A stretch of DNA of 64,000 nt from Candidatus Uhrbacteria bacterium RIFCSPLOWO2_01_FULL_47_25. GTDB taxonomy: Bacteria; Patescibacteriota; Patescibacteriia; GWA2-46-9. The notes beneath the pieces are model-generated. The model saw only the letters and a program-made list of their open reading frames with translations, ran no database searches and was not told where the DNA came from. Position 1 is the first letter of the stretch; each line of letters opens with the position of its first letter. Positions 36,024-46,500 of the stretch are shown piece after piece. The translations under genes were made by a program, and so were the position numbers. Location of the stretch: the NCBI GenBank assembly GCA_001791325.1, contig MGEK01000039.1:1175-65174 (forward strand), in the 5' to 3' direction.

Positions 36024-37292
36024 TCACTTCAACAGCTCCAATGCTCTCTCTAGCACCGGATCTTTCCCATCATCCAACTTGGCACGATCCACCGTCACAA
36101 CGATATCAGGTTCAATACCCTCTCCTTCAATGCTTCTACCTTTTGGCGTAAACCACTTGGCAACAGTTATCTTCACGGCTGAACCGTCTGGCAAGCTCTG
36201 CAACTCCTGCACTGACCCTTTACCGAAAGTCTTTTCGCCTATCACGGTGGCCAAATTATAATCCTGCAGCGCTCCGGCCACAATCTCCGAAGCGCTGGCG
36301 CTTCCAGCGTTTACTAACACGATTGTTTTCTGACCCTTCAATGGGGATTTGCCGCGAGCTGGAAATTCCGTGCGCTCCTCACTGTGCGTCTGCTGAAGAA
36401 CCACTGGATTATTGGCGACCCAATAGCTCGCCACATCTACCGCTGTTTCTAAAAAACCGCCCGGGTTATTCTGAAGATCAAGAATGATGGCTCTGGGATT
36501 TTCATTTAATGCCTTGTTTACAGCTGCAGAAAAATTACTCAACGTGTCTTCATTGAAATGACTGATTTTGATATAAGCAATATCGGCTTGCTTGGAATCT
36601 GACGCCGACTTCATGGAAAATTCAACGCTTTTGATAGAGATTTTATCCCTAACAATTTTCACTTCAAATGGCTCGCTAATTCCCTCTCTAATTATTTTTA
36701 AAGTTACTTCGGTTCCGCGCTTCCCGCGAATAGCCGCCACCGCCGACTCTAAAGTCATGCCACTTGTGTCCCTGCCATTAATAACAATAATGCGATCTTT
36801 TGGTTTTAAACCAGCTTTTTCTGCCGGTGTGCCGGGCAACGGAGCAATAATAACAATTTGAGAATCCCTCAAGCCAATTTCCGCGCCAATCCCCTCAAAG
36901 CTCCCGGCCAATTCTTGATTAAAATCAGCAGCGGTTTTTGGGTCAAGAAAAACCGTATAGGGATCACCGATGCCAGCCACCAAACCGCTTAAGGCTCCGT
37001 AAAAGAGTTTGGTTTCGGCTATGGGACGATCAACATACTGCTCCTGTAATAATTTCCAGACCTGCCAAAAAAGGCTAAAATTCACATCTGATTTGAGGTA
37101 ACCGGCTGGTGGATCACTTTCCTTGCCAAAAACTTGACCACTGCCAATAGCTTTCTGTAAGCCGCTTTCTTCGCCCGCATAGTAACCCGCACCAAAAGAA
37201 AAAATGACTACAAGCAAAAGGCCGACCAGCGGCAAAATTTTCCGCCGACGAGGCGGTGATGGAATTGTATTAAATTCTTCCATGTACGCCAT
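36024..37292 (-). CDS. ctpA: S41 carboxyl-terminal processing protease
   Basis: PDZ GIGA, NNPGG, SASASEI, TFGKGSVQ. Confidence 0.95.
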   Translation of the reverse strand: MAYMEEFNTIPSPPRRRKILPLVGLLLVVIFSFGAGYYAGEESGLQKAIGSGQVFGKESDPPAGYLKSDVNFSLFWQVWKLLQEQYVDRPIAETKLFYGALSGLVAGIGDPYTVFLDPKTAADFNQELAGSFEGIGAEIGLRDSQIVIIAPLPGTPAEKAGLKPKDRIIVINGRDTSGMTLESAVAAIRGKRGTEVTLKIIREGISEPFEVKIVRDKISIKSVEFSMKSASDSKQADIAYIKISHFNEDTLSNFSAAVNKALNENPRAIILDLQNNPGGFLETAVDVASYWVANNPVVLQQTHSEERTEFPARGKSPLKGQKTIVLVNAGSASASEIVAGALQDYNLATVIGEKTFGKGSVQELQSLPDGSAVKITVAKWFTPKGRSIEGEGIEPDIVVTVDRAKLDDGKDPVLERALELLK

Positions 37293-37378
37293 TGTATCAA
37301 ATCATACACAAAATCGTCAAAAAAGAGACTCAAGATTGCTTAATTAACCTTGTTTTGCTATTATAACTGCCAATCGCT

Positions 37379-38650
37379 ATGAATTCGCATGCCACATTCG
37401 TTATTCGCGGCGGCCGTGAACTTAAGGGGGAAATAGAAGTGAAGGGCGCAAAAAACGCGGCTTTAAAAATATTAGCGGCGGCGGTGCTGTCTCGTGAACC
37501 ATGCGTGATTAAGAATTTGCCGGACATAGAAGATGTGCAACGCATGGAAGAATTACTTCGTTCAATTGGCGTAAAAATCTCAAAAACAAAACAGCATACC
37601 ACCATTGAAACAAGCGAAGTGCAAGCTGGTCCGTTGGATAGAAGCTTGGTAGAAAGTATTCGTGCCTCAATATTGCTCGCTGGTCCGTTATTGGCGCGCC
37701 ACGGTGAAGTAATTATGCCGCATCCGGGCGGAGACAAAATTGGACAGCGACCAATTGACATATTTCTTGATGGATTCAAGGCCTTAGGAGTCACAGTAGA
37801 AGTGCGGGACAGGAGCTATCGTCTGACTACAAAAAAACTGACTGGCGGCGTCATACTACTGCCGCGGGTCAGTGTCACGGTTACTGAAGAAATGATTATG
37901 ACCGCGGTTCTGGCCGAAGGCGAAACGATCATTAAAAACGCGGCGATGGAACCAGAAATAATAGCTCTCGCTGATTATCTTAACGCCCAAGGGGCGCGCA
38001 TTAGGGGCGCCGGTACGCCAACAATCATCATTAACGGTGTCAAACAAATTAGTGGCGGCACATATACGGTCATACCTGATAGAATTGAGGCCGGCACGTT
38101 CATTATCCTCGGCCTCCTCACCAACAGCGAAATCAAAGTCACGAGATGCAACCCAAGTCATCTGGAAAGTCTGCTCTGGCATCTTGAGAAAGCTGGTGCG
38201 GTTGTTGAGGTAGGCTCTGATTTTGTTGTTACGCGCCGCCATCAAACACTAAAAGCCCAAAGCATGATTACTCACGAATACCCCGGATTCACAACCGACC
38301 TGCAGCCACCCTATACCGTGCTTATGACCCAAGCAGAAGGGCCGTCCATTATTCATGATCCAATACATCAGGGCGGACGGCTTTTCTATACTGACCTTTT
38401 AAATAGCATGGGCGCGAATATCATTATGTGCGATCCCTATCGCGTGGTGGTCAACGGGCCGACAATTCTGCGCGGACGTTATTTAACCAGTCCGGATATA
38501 CGCGCCGGCATGGCCCTCATACTCGCCGCCCTAATCGCCGAGGGTGAAACAATTATTGACAATGTATATCAAGTTGACCGCGGCTACGAACACATAGCGG
38601 AAAGATTAGCTGGCCTGGGAGCTGATATCAAAAGGTCTGAAGGAGAATAG
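37379..38650 (+). CDS. murA: UDP-GlcNAc 1-carboxyvinyltransferase
   Basis: GAKNAAL, RASI, PGGDKIGQRP, DRIEAGT, DIRAG, RGYE. Confidence 0.97.
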   Translation: MNSHATFVIRGGRELKGEIEVKGAKNAALKILAAAVLSREPCVIKNLPDIEDVQRMEELLRSIGVKISKTKQHTTIETSEVQAGPLDRSLVESIRASILLAGPLLARHGEVIMPHPGGDKIGQRPIDIFLDGFKALGVTVEVRDRSYRLTTKKLTGGVILLPRVSVTVTEEMIMTAVLAEGETIIKNAAMEPEIIALADYLNAQGARIRGAGTPTIIINGVKQISGGTYTVIPDRIEAGTFIILGLLTNSEIKVTRCNPSHLESLLWHLEKAGAVVEVGSDFVVTRRHQTLKAQSMITHEYPGFTTDLQPPYTVLMTQAEGPSIIHDPIHQGGRLFYTDLLNSMGANIIMCDPYRVVVNGPTILRGRYLTSPDIRAGMALILAALIAEGETIIDNVYQVDRGYEHIAERLAGLGADIKRSEGE

Positions 38651-38656
38651 CCATTT

Positions 38657-40024
38657 ATGACCTTAAGAGCGAGGCGAATAGTTTATTCGCTCTTTATCGC
38701 CGCCTTTATAGTTACTGCGCCGCTAGTTATTATTTACACGCAGGGCTATCGCTATAACCTGAAGCATCAACGACTTGAGCCAACGGGCACCCTGGTATTG
38801 TCAACTATACCAAAGGGGGCGACAATCTCGCTGAATGGTCAAGTCATAAAATTTTTAACTCCCAAAACTTTGCAGGCTGTGCTGCCGGGCACGTATACAA
38901 TACGCCTAAGCAAAGATAGTTATAAAACCTGGGAGAAACGCTTGAAAGTCAAAGCTGGCGAAGCTATCTTTGTAAGCAATGTCCGCTTATGGCGCGAGAC
39001 AATGCCAAAAAGACTCTCTCAAGCCATCTATCAAATTTTTTCTCCAAATCCAGACACCACCGCGATTCTTCTTACTACCTGGAGCGCTAACAAAGAGCAA
39101 CTCCTGCTCTTTGATAAATTATCAGGCAAACCGCCAACGGTGATCGCCGAAAGGCCAATGCGTAATCCCTCCGATCAAATCATCTGGTCAGCGCAAGCCA
39201 CCAGAGCTCTTGTCGCAGGGCCTGACGAAACTGCTATAGTAGAGCTTAACCAAAACCCCTCCTGGCAATCTCTTTCCAGTTTTGTACCAAAAACGATCAG
39301 CGATTTTCGTTGGGATCCTGAATACGATGATTTACTTTATGGAAGCGACGGGGCTAGTGTCTATCGCCTTGATTTATCCTCTAAAAAAATTACCCCCCTC
39401 GTCCCTCTTACTAACGTTAAACAGAGCAAACAAACATTGACGGGCTACTGGATAGAAAATAATACCCTCTATGAACTGATTCAACGCGATGATGATCATT
39501 CCATTTTGCGCTCAACGCCGCTCCTCACCACAAATTCAGGGCGAGAGATGATCTTGCCGACGAACTACCCCTACAAACTGCTTGACCAAAAAGATGACTT
39601 AATCGCTCTTATTGACTCGGCTAAGACCATGTCTCTTTGGCGGCTAGCTGGAGAATCCCTGCTGCCGGTCTTCAGCGCGCCCAACGTCAAACAAGCTATT
39701 TTTCTCAAAACTACCGGCGATTTGCTATATTCATCACCGTTTGAATTATGGACTTATAGTCCAAAAACAGGCGCTCAAACCCTCCTCACCCGTATCGCCG
39801 CTGAAGTGGACCAGGCGGCTTGGTTCCCTGATGGTTCACATGTAATATTTGCGTCTAACCACGCTGTCTTTTTTCTGGAGAGAGACGAACGCGATATTAG
39901 AAATCAATGGATGATGATGCCGTTTCAAGATCTTGTAGGATATGCTGTAAGTCAAGACGGTAAGGAGATGTACTTTGCCGGGACTATCGGTTCAGATTCC
40001 GGCCTCTGGCGCCTTGATTTATGA
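38657..40024 (+). CDS. PEGA-domain membrane-anchored protein with probable beta-propeller
   Basis: TM helix, GYRYN, STIPKGATISLNG...PGTYTIRLSKDSY. Confidence 0.75.
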   Translation: MTLRARRIVYSLFIAAFIVTAPLVIIYTQGYRYNLKHQRLEPTGTLVLSTIPKGATISLNGQVIKFLTPKTLQAVLPGTYTIRLSKDSYKTWEKRLKVKAGEAIFVSNVRLWRETMPKRLSQAIYQIFSPNPDTTAILLTTWSANKEQLLLFDKLSGKPPTVIAERPMRNPSDQIIWSAQATRALVAGPDETAIVELNQNPSWQSLSSFVPKTISDFRWDPEYDDLLYGSDGASVYRLDLSSKKITPLVPLTNVKQSKQTLTGYWIENNTLYELIQRDDDHSILRSTPLLTTNSGREMILPTNYPYKLLDQKDDLIALIDSAKTMSLWRLAGESLLPVFSAPNVKQAIFLKTTGDLLYSSPFELWTYSPKTGAQTLLTRIAAEVDQAAWFPDGSHVIFASNHAVFFLERDERDIRNQWMMMPFQDLVGYAVSQDGKEMYFAGTIGSDSGLWRLDL

Positions 40025-40038
40025 CCTCCGCACCCTTT

Positions 40039-40767
40039 CTAGGCGGATAACTTGTGGGCCACTAGATTACCGGCTTTCAGTAATGATTCAAAAGTGCCGG
40101 CGTCAGTCCATTCGCCAGCCACAATTTCAAAAGTCATTGTTCCGGCGGCGATATAAGCGTTATTGACATCGGTTATTTCTAATTCGCCACGGCCTGACGG
40201 ACGCAGGGTTTTTATGATATCAAAAACATGACGGTCGTAGAAATATAGACCAGTTACTATTAAATTGCTTTTTGGATGTTTTGGTTTTTCTTCAATCCCA
40301 ATAATTTTCTGTCCCACCACCTCAGCAACTCCAAAACGCTCTGGGTCGCGAACTTCTTTGAGCATAATCTTGGAGCCTCTTTCCTGGGCGATAAAATCTT
40401 TAGCGGCTTTGATAATTTGTTGATGATCTTCAAAGATATTATCCCCTAAAATTACGGCTAGTTTACCGCCATCAGCAAAATCTTCGGCGAGCCCTAAAGC
40501 TTCGGCAATACCACCAGCCTCTTCCTGCACTTCATAAGATAGACGCACGCCAAAATCTTTGCCCGACCCCAAGAGGTGCAAAAAATGCCCGGCATGCTCG
40601 CGGCCGGATACAATCAAAATGTCTTTGAGCCCCATGCCTATGAGCGTTTCCAGAGGATAATAAATCATCGGTTTGTTATAAACCGGCAAAAGATGCTTGT
40701 TGGTCACCAAAGTAAGCGGGCGAAGACGCGTACCATTTCCCCCCGCCAAAATAACTCCTTTAATCAT
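40039..40767 (-). CDS. rmlA: Glucose-1-phosphate thymidylyltransferase (short form)
   Basis: GVILAGGNGTRLRPLT, KHLLPVYNKPMI, RGELEITD, WTDAGT. Confidence 0.92.
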   Translation of the reverse strand: MIKGVILAGGNGTRLRPLTLVTNKHLLPVYNKPMIYYPLETLIGMGLKDILIVSGREHAGHFLHLLGSGKDFGVRLSYEVQEEAGGIAEALGLAEDFADGGKLAVILGDNIFEDHQQIIKAAKDFIAQERGSKIMLKEVRDPERFGVAEVVGQKIIGIEEKPKHPKSNLIVTGLYFYDRHVFDIIKTLRPSGRGELEITDVNNAYIAAGTMTFEIVAGEWTDAGTFESLLKAGNLVAHKLSA

Positions 40768-41654
40768 AAATGATTGGATATTATATATTCACGCAAGGCC
40801 TCACGCCAATGGCGCAAAGGCGCGAGTTTAGTAGATTGTAACACGGAATAAGCCGGACGTCTTGCTGGTCGCGGCAAATCCTTGCTGGCTATCGGCCGAA
40901 GATTGATATATTTACGATCAGGTGTGGCATGATTAATAGAATAAGCACCACTCTCATTTAAAACTGTTTTGGCAAGCTCATACCAACTGCAATATCCGTC
41001 GTTAGTGCGATGATAAACACCAAAGGCAGGCCGACTCATTAGCATCTCTTTTACGGCCATAGCCAAATCACTAACAAAGGTTGGGCTGGCAATTTCGTCG
41101 TCAATAAATTGCAGTTCACTTTTTTGAGCGGCGGCCTCAAGCACAATATCAACGAATGTTTTCTTGCCGGCGCCAGAAGATTTTCCAAAAAGACGCGAAG
41201 TACGAATTATATAATATTTAAGACCATGCTCTGCTAAGCGCAAAATAGCCTCCTCGCCTCCGAGCTTAGAGCGGCCATAGACACTGATTGGCTTTGGGTG
41301 ATCGGCTTCAATATAAGGCGAGTCCTTGGCGCCATCAAAAACATAATCAGTGCTAAAATGAATTAAAAGCGCTTTGTTCTCAATACTGGCTTTAGCCAAA
41401 TAGCCAACTGCTTCAGCATTAATCACAAAAGCCTGCTTCGCCGCTTCGTCATTTTTTTCTATCTCATCAACGGCATTATACGCCGCCGCATTAACAACGA
41501 TTTCTGGGCGAACCTCATGGCAAAATTTCTGCAGAGCTACCTTGTCGGTAATATCAATAACGTCACGATCTACGGCCACCAAATCTTCTGTGGAAAAAGT
41601 CGCTGCCAGCGCTTGACCCAATAGACCCTTAGCGCCAATCAAAAGAACACGCAT
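40764..41654 (-). CDS. rmlD: dTDP-4-dehydrorhamnose reductase
   Basis: GAKGLLG, STDYVFDG, YGRSKLGGE, ARRPAYS. Confidence 0.95.
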   Translation of the reverse strand: MRVLLIGAKGLLGQALAATFSTEDLVAVDRDVIDITDKVALQKFCHEVRPEIVVNAAAYNAVDEIEKNDEAAKQAFVINAEAVGYLAKASIENKALLIHFSTDYVFDGAKDSPYIEADHPKPISVYGRSKLGGEEAILRLAEHGLKYYIIRTSRLFGKSSGAGKKTFVDIVLEAAAQKSELQFIDDEIASPTFVSDLAMAVKEMLMSRPAFGVYHRTNDGYCSWYELAKTVLNESGAYSINHATPDRKYINLRPIASKDLPRPARRPAYSVLQSTKLAPLRHWREALREYIISNHL

Positions 41655-41663
41655 TGGTCAAAA

Positions 41664-41697
41664 AGTATTCTCATATTCTTAAGAATATGAGAATACT
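41664..41697. repeat. Perfect 34-bp palindrome
   Basis: AGTATTCTCATATTCTT|AAGAATATGAGAATACT. Confidence 0.9.
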
Positions 41698-41706
41698 ACT
41701 AGATAA

Positions 41707-42243
41707 TCAAATAGTAATGCCATATGATTTAAGTAAATTACTAACATCGGGCACTTCATCTGGGCGAAGCCGCACATAATCGGCATTATCGTGCGGCGTG
41801 GTGGCTACACATACAACACGCACCGGTGTATCAGTTAAGGCCCAATAAACGTGATAGACGCCGTGCGGCACAATCACATAGGGCATACCTGACTCTCCCA
41901 CGCGATATACTGGGGCCGGACCATCAGGTTTTGCCTCATCAGTAAAGACCATCGCCTGCAGGGCGCCGAATGTTTTTGAACCTTCACGGTAATCTCTAAA
42001 AGCCCAAAGCGCCGTGCCGGTGATGGTGAAAAAAAGTTCAGACTGCCGATAATGATAGTGCCCGGCGCGCGCGATATTTTTTCCGACAGCCACAGAAAGA
42101 TAGATATTCCCTAAACCATCTTTAACATCAGAATTAGAAACGCCACCCGGCACTAATTCGCCAAGCCACCCGCGCTCGTCTCCGATGGCGCGATTCATAA
42201 CAATCGTGAGGCCGTCAATCGCAGTGGAAATTCGTTCAGTCAT
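41707..42243 (-). CDS. RmlC-like cupin (probable dTDP-sugar epimerase)
   Basis: DERGWL, RAGHYH, VPHGVYH; between rmlB and rmlD. Confidence 0.75.
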   Translation of the reverse strand: MTERISTAIDGLTIVMNRAIGDERGWLGELVPGGVSNSDVKDGLGNIYLSVAVGKNIARAGHYHYRQSELFFTITGTALWAFRDYREGSKTFGALQAMVFTDEAKPDGPAPVYRVGESGMPYVIVPHGVYHVYWALTDTPVRVVCVATTPHDNADYVRLRPDEVPDVSNLLKSYGITI

Positions 42244-42285
42244 AGCTCTAAAATTCAGAAGATCAGAATCAACGATTTTCTATCC

Positions 42286-42325
42286 AACCAAAAGTATCAT
42301 ACTATATAGTATGATACTTTTGGTT
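42286..42325. repeat. Perfect 40-bp palindrome
   Basis: AACCAAAAGTATCATACTAT|ATAGTATGATACTTTTGGTT. Confidence 0.9.
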
Positions 42326-42379
42326 AAAATGTCACAAGAGGATAGCCATCTCATAAAATCATAAACTATCAATCATCAA

Positions 42380-43387
42380 CTATACAAGATGCGCGTTGAT
42401 GCCCTTAGCGCGGGCTTTGATTCTATTCACCCAGTCCTGATTGTCGCGATACCACTGAATAGTTTCTTTAACCGCCTCGGAAAAATGATATCTCGGCTTC
42501 CAGCCAAGTTCTTTGGCAATTTTACTCGCGTCAATGGCATAACGTCGATCATGCCCCGGACGGTCTGTCACAAAAGTAATAAGAGATTCCGGCTTGCCCA
42601 AAGCCTTCAAAATTAATCGGGCAATTTCTAAATTAGGCCTCTCAAAGTGCCCGCCGATATTATAAACCTCTCCGGCCTTGCCTTGGCGTAAAACTAAGTC
42701 AATCGCTTCACAATGATCGCGAACATACAGCCAATCACGCACATTCTTGCCATCACCATAGAGCGGCAGAGGCTGGTCGTTCATCGCTCTATCAATAAAA
42801 AATGGTATAAGTTTTTCGGGATATTGATACGGACCATAGTTGTTAGAACAGTGAGTGACGACAACATCCAAGCCAAAAGTTTTGAAAAAAGCGCGACACA
42901 AAAGATCTCCGCCGGCTTTAGCCGCGGCATAGGGCACATTTGGCTGGAATGGCCAATTCTCGTGGAATTGCCGAGCGTCTTCCAGCTCTAATGAGCCATA
43001 TACTTCATCAGTAGAAATTTGCACGTGCCTTTTGATTGTCCCGAGCTGACGTTCTGCATCCAATAAAGTTTGCACGCCAAGCGTATTGGTCAGAACAAAA
43101 TCACGCGAGCCGATATGAATACTTCGGTCAACATGGGTCTCGGCCGCAAAGTTGACTACGACGTCAATTCCTTGCTTAAGTACTTTTTCAACAGCCTCTG
43201 AGTCGGCGATGTCGCCCTTGACGAACGAATATCGCGCGTTACCAGCAAGATCCTTAAGATTCTCAAGATTGCCAGCATACGTAAGTTTATCAAAATTCAC
43301 TACCTCGTCCTCCAGATAGTTTTCAATCAGGTAATGAATAAAATTGGAGCCAATGAACCCCGCCCCACCGGCAACGAGTATTTTCAT
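42380..43387 (-). CDS. rmlB: dTDP-glucose 4,6-dehydratase
   Basis: GGAGFIGSNF, DKLTYAGN, AAETHVDRS, STDEVYG, YAAAK; start set to MKILV. Confidence 0.97.
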   Translation of the reverse strand: MKILVAGGAGFIGSNFIHYLIENYLEDEVVNFDKLTYAGNLENLKDLAGNARYSFVKGDIADSEAVEKVLKQGIDVVVNFAAETHVDRSIHIGSRDFVLTNTLGVQTLLDAERQLGTIKRHVQISTDEVYGSLELEDARQFHENWPFQPNVPYAAAKAGGDLLCRAFFKTFGLDVVVTHCSNNYGPYQYPEKLIPFFIDRAMNDQPLPLYGDGKNVRDWLYVRDHCEAIDLVLRQGKAGEVYNIGGHFERPNLEIARLILKALGKPESLITFVTDRPGHDRRYAIDASKIAKELGWKPRYHFSEAVKETIQWYRDNQDWVNRIKARAKGINAHLV

Positions 43388-43485
43388 AAAATCAGCATAA
43401 CGGAAAATTTCACTTAAAACAAGATTCATAACGAACGGAGAGTGAAACCGAAAATAATGAAACGCGTTTAAAAAATTATATCGTG

Positions 43486-43521
43486 AAAAAGGAAAACGGC
43501 CGCACTTCGCGTACGGCCGTC
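43486..43521 (-). terminator. Intrinsic terminator after purL
   Basis: Minus strand ACGGCCGTAC-GCGAA-GTGCGGCCGT followed by TTTCCTTTTT. Confidence 0.7.
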
Positions 43522-43549
43522 GTCCCTCCTTATTCTTATCGCCACCTCC

Positions 43550-46500
43550 TTACCACTGCTCGCACCAGGTACGAGCGTTCTGAACCATTTGTAAGTATGG
43601 GCTTACCTCTAGCCATGTCCACTCCGATGAAACGTAAGCCCCTTGCCACATTCTAAAGCCTCGGTCCACTGCGTGAGGCATCATGAAGAATTTCCGTCCG
43701 TCCGGTGAACAAAGTGCCGTTATACCACCCGGACTTCCGTTGGGGTTGAACGGGTATTCTTCCGTTGGCTCACCGTCTGGCCCCACGTAAAAGATAGGCG
43801 CCAGGTCGTTCGTGAGCACAAATTGCAACACTTCTGGGTCGGGGAAGGTGAGGCGACCTTCTTTGTGGGCGACCCAGGCTCCGAAGATAGAGCCTTCCAT
43901 GCCGCGGAGCATGATCGCTGGGCTTTTCCGGAAACCCAATGTTACGAAGCGGCATTCAAATCGGCCCGAGACATTTTCCGTAAACCACGGCAGTTTTTCC
44001 TCGGGGAAAAGATGACCGAGAGTGAGTCCGAGACTGGCGTCGACTTGCGCACCATTGCAGACGCCGAAAGTGAAAGTATCCGGTCGCGAACAAAATTCCA
44101 GATACTGATCGGCTAGCGCGGGTCCTTTCATGACGGCCGCCCAGCCCTGACCAGCGCCAAAAACATCACGGAACGACCAGCCCCCCGGAAGAACCCTTCC
44201 GCGGAATCCATGGAGAGTGATTTTTCCACGTTCGAGGTCGTCTGTGGCCACATCAACCGGATCAAAACCGCCATCATAGAAAGCGGCGGCCATTTCCGGT
44301 TCTCCTCGCGTCCCTTCTTCGCGAAGCATGGCGATGCGAATTTTGCTTTTGGCGGTCAGGATGGCGGTCGGTGTCGGTTTGGGAGTAAACGTAAGTTTGT
44401 ATGGAGGCGAGGTGAGCATCTTGCGCCGCGCCCTACTTTCAGCGTCAACGCAGGCGGAATTTGCCTTCATCTTGTCGATGATGCTGCTGAGCTCCTCCCA
44501 TTTTGCCCGAAGATCGACCATCTGCTCATCGAGCACGATTGAGCCATTTACCGATACCTTGATCTCCGGGGTTGACAAGGAGTGACCGATGGTCTGGGCC
44601 GTCACGCCATGACGATGAAGAACTTCCTGAACTGCGTCTATCCTGACGCATTCCACGATGGCGCCCGGTTCTTGTGCAAACAACGTGGCCCGCGCTTCGT
44701 GCTGACTCCGGAAGTCGAGATCAAGTCCAAGATTTGCCGCGAAGGCCATTTCGAGCGCTGTCACCAGGGAGCCATCACCGGCCGTGTCATGATAGGCGGA
44801 AATGAGACCCAAGTCGACAAGTTCTTGCGCGGCCTCAAACAGGTGCTTGAGATCGGCCGCTTTGACGTCCGGACACTCGTCGCCGATTTGACCATGCCCC
44901 TGAGCTAAAGCTGATCCGCCCAAGCGGTGTTGATGAGGATTACACTCCAGCCAGAGCAGCTCTCTCCCAGCCTCTTTCAGGTCGGGAGTGACTTTGACGG
45001 TAATGTCCGGGACCGGTGCGTTGGTTGAAATAACGATTTCCCGCGGCGCCCTAACTTCTTGAAGCTGACCGTCGGGGTTTACGCGGAGGTCGAACATGGC
45101 GCTTGAATCCTTGCCTCCATCCGGTTCGCAGCCCTGAAATTCGGCGAGGAATTGGCGTAATGCCTGCATAGCCTCTTCAAGCCAAATGCCTTCGCCAGGG
45201 AGTTTGGTGGCCAACATGGCGTTAAGCGAACACTTGACGTCTCCGAGGCCGATGATTTTCACGCCACCCAGGTTGAGAATGGCTTCGGCTGCCGCTAGGC
45301 GGACGCTCGCTCCTGGTGAGATGAGACTAGAGAGCGGTTGTTCCCCAATACTATGGGCCGTGCCACGCAGGCTGAAATGGCTAGCGGCCTTGATTGAGCA
45401 GTCGGCTATCGGCGCTTGGTACGGACCGACATCCTGTTGTTGGGCTACCAGGCCACCCACACTGCGGTCGCCTTCAATGGTCGTCCACCGCTTGCTGCAA
45501 ACGGAAAGAAGACCGAAAACGAGATCAAGACTTTCCCGAATTGTTTCTTCGGGCGGCATAGAAAGCGGTTGGCGCCTCTCTTTCTTCGGTGTGAGAACGA
45601 AAGTCTTTTGTCGCTCGGTGCCGAGCATAGGTTCAAGCGGCGCGTTGACGATGACCTGTCCGCGACTTTTCATGACGAGCCGTCCGTCGCCGGTCACCGT
45701 TCCGATCACGGCGCAAGGCAAATGCTCGCGTTGGCAGATGGCCTGGATGAGCGGCCAATCTGTGGGCCAGGCAAGCATCACAGCCGATTCCTGGCTTTCA
45801 TTACCTACTCTTTCAACATCACTCAAGGTATCGTCTCCCCACGGCACCTGGTCAAGGTCGAACACCGCTCCGGCCGGATACACTATTTCTGGTGGACCGT
45901 TGCTTAAGCCGCCCGCCCCCAAATCGCTAGACTTTTGTACAGGATTGCGCCGGCCAAGCCAGAAGCACGTTCGGAAGAAGTTACCGAAACAGCGTCGCAT
46001 CAAAGCGTCGCCGCGCTGTACCGAACGAAGAAGGATGGCCATATCGACATCATAGCCGATGGCCGATGACGAAGCGGTTCCTCCGCCAATGCCGAGACGG
46101 AAACGCGGACCGCCAACGTAACCAACGAGCATGCCCGCTTGTGGTTCAACTGGCGCGACATCTTCATGGTTCATGACACCGGCGCCAACCGTGAAAAGGA
46201 TCGGCTTTTCCCACCCCCAAGCTTGTCCGTCTGGGGTCACAACAAAGAGGGTGCGAACGAAGCCATAGGTGAGCGCTTCGCCCGAAGCATTGCCGTAACG
46301 ACGGGTGCCATGGCTGGCTCCCAGCATTATTTGGAGAGGCGTTGGATATCCTGGTCGGGACGACCATCCATCCTTTTCCCACGGTTGCAGGTGGCCCGGG
46401 ATACAGAGATTGCCAGTACAATATCCTGCCCCCGCTACTCCCAAATCTGCGCCACGTCGGGTGACATAATTGTCCGCCTGTCGTCCACCGACGCCGGTAT

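Noticed and set aside
45186-46055. 289-aa plus-strand ORF and other ORFs opposite purL
   Set aside because: Antisense shadows expected in GC-rich coding DNA.
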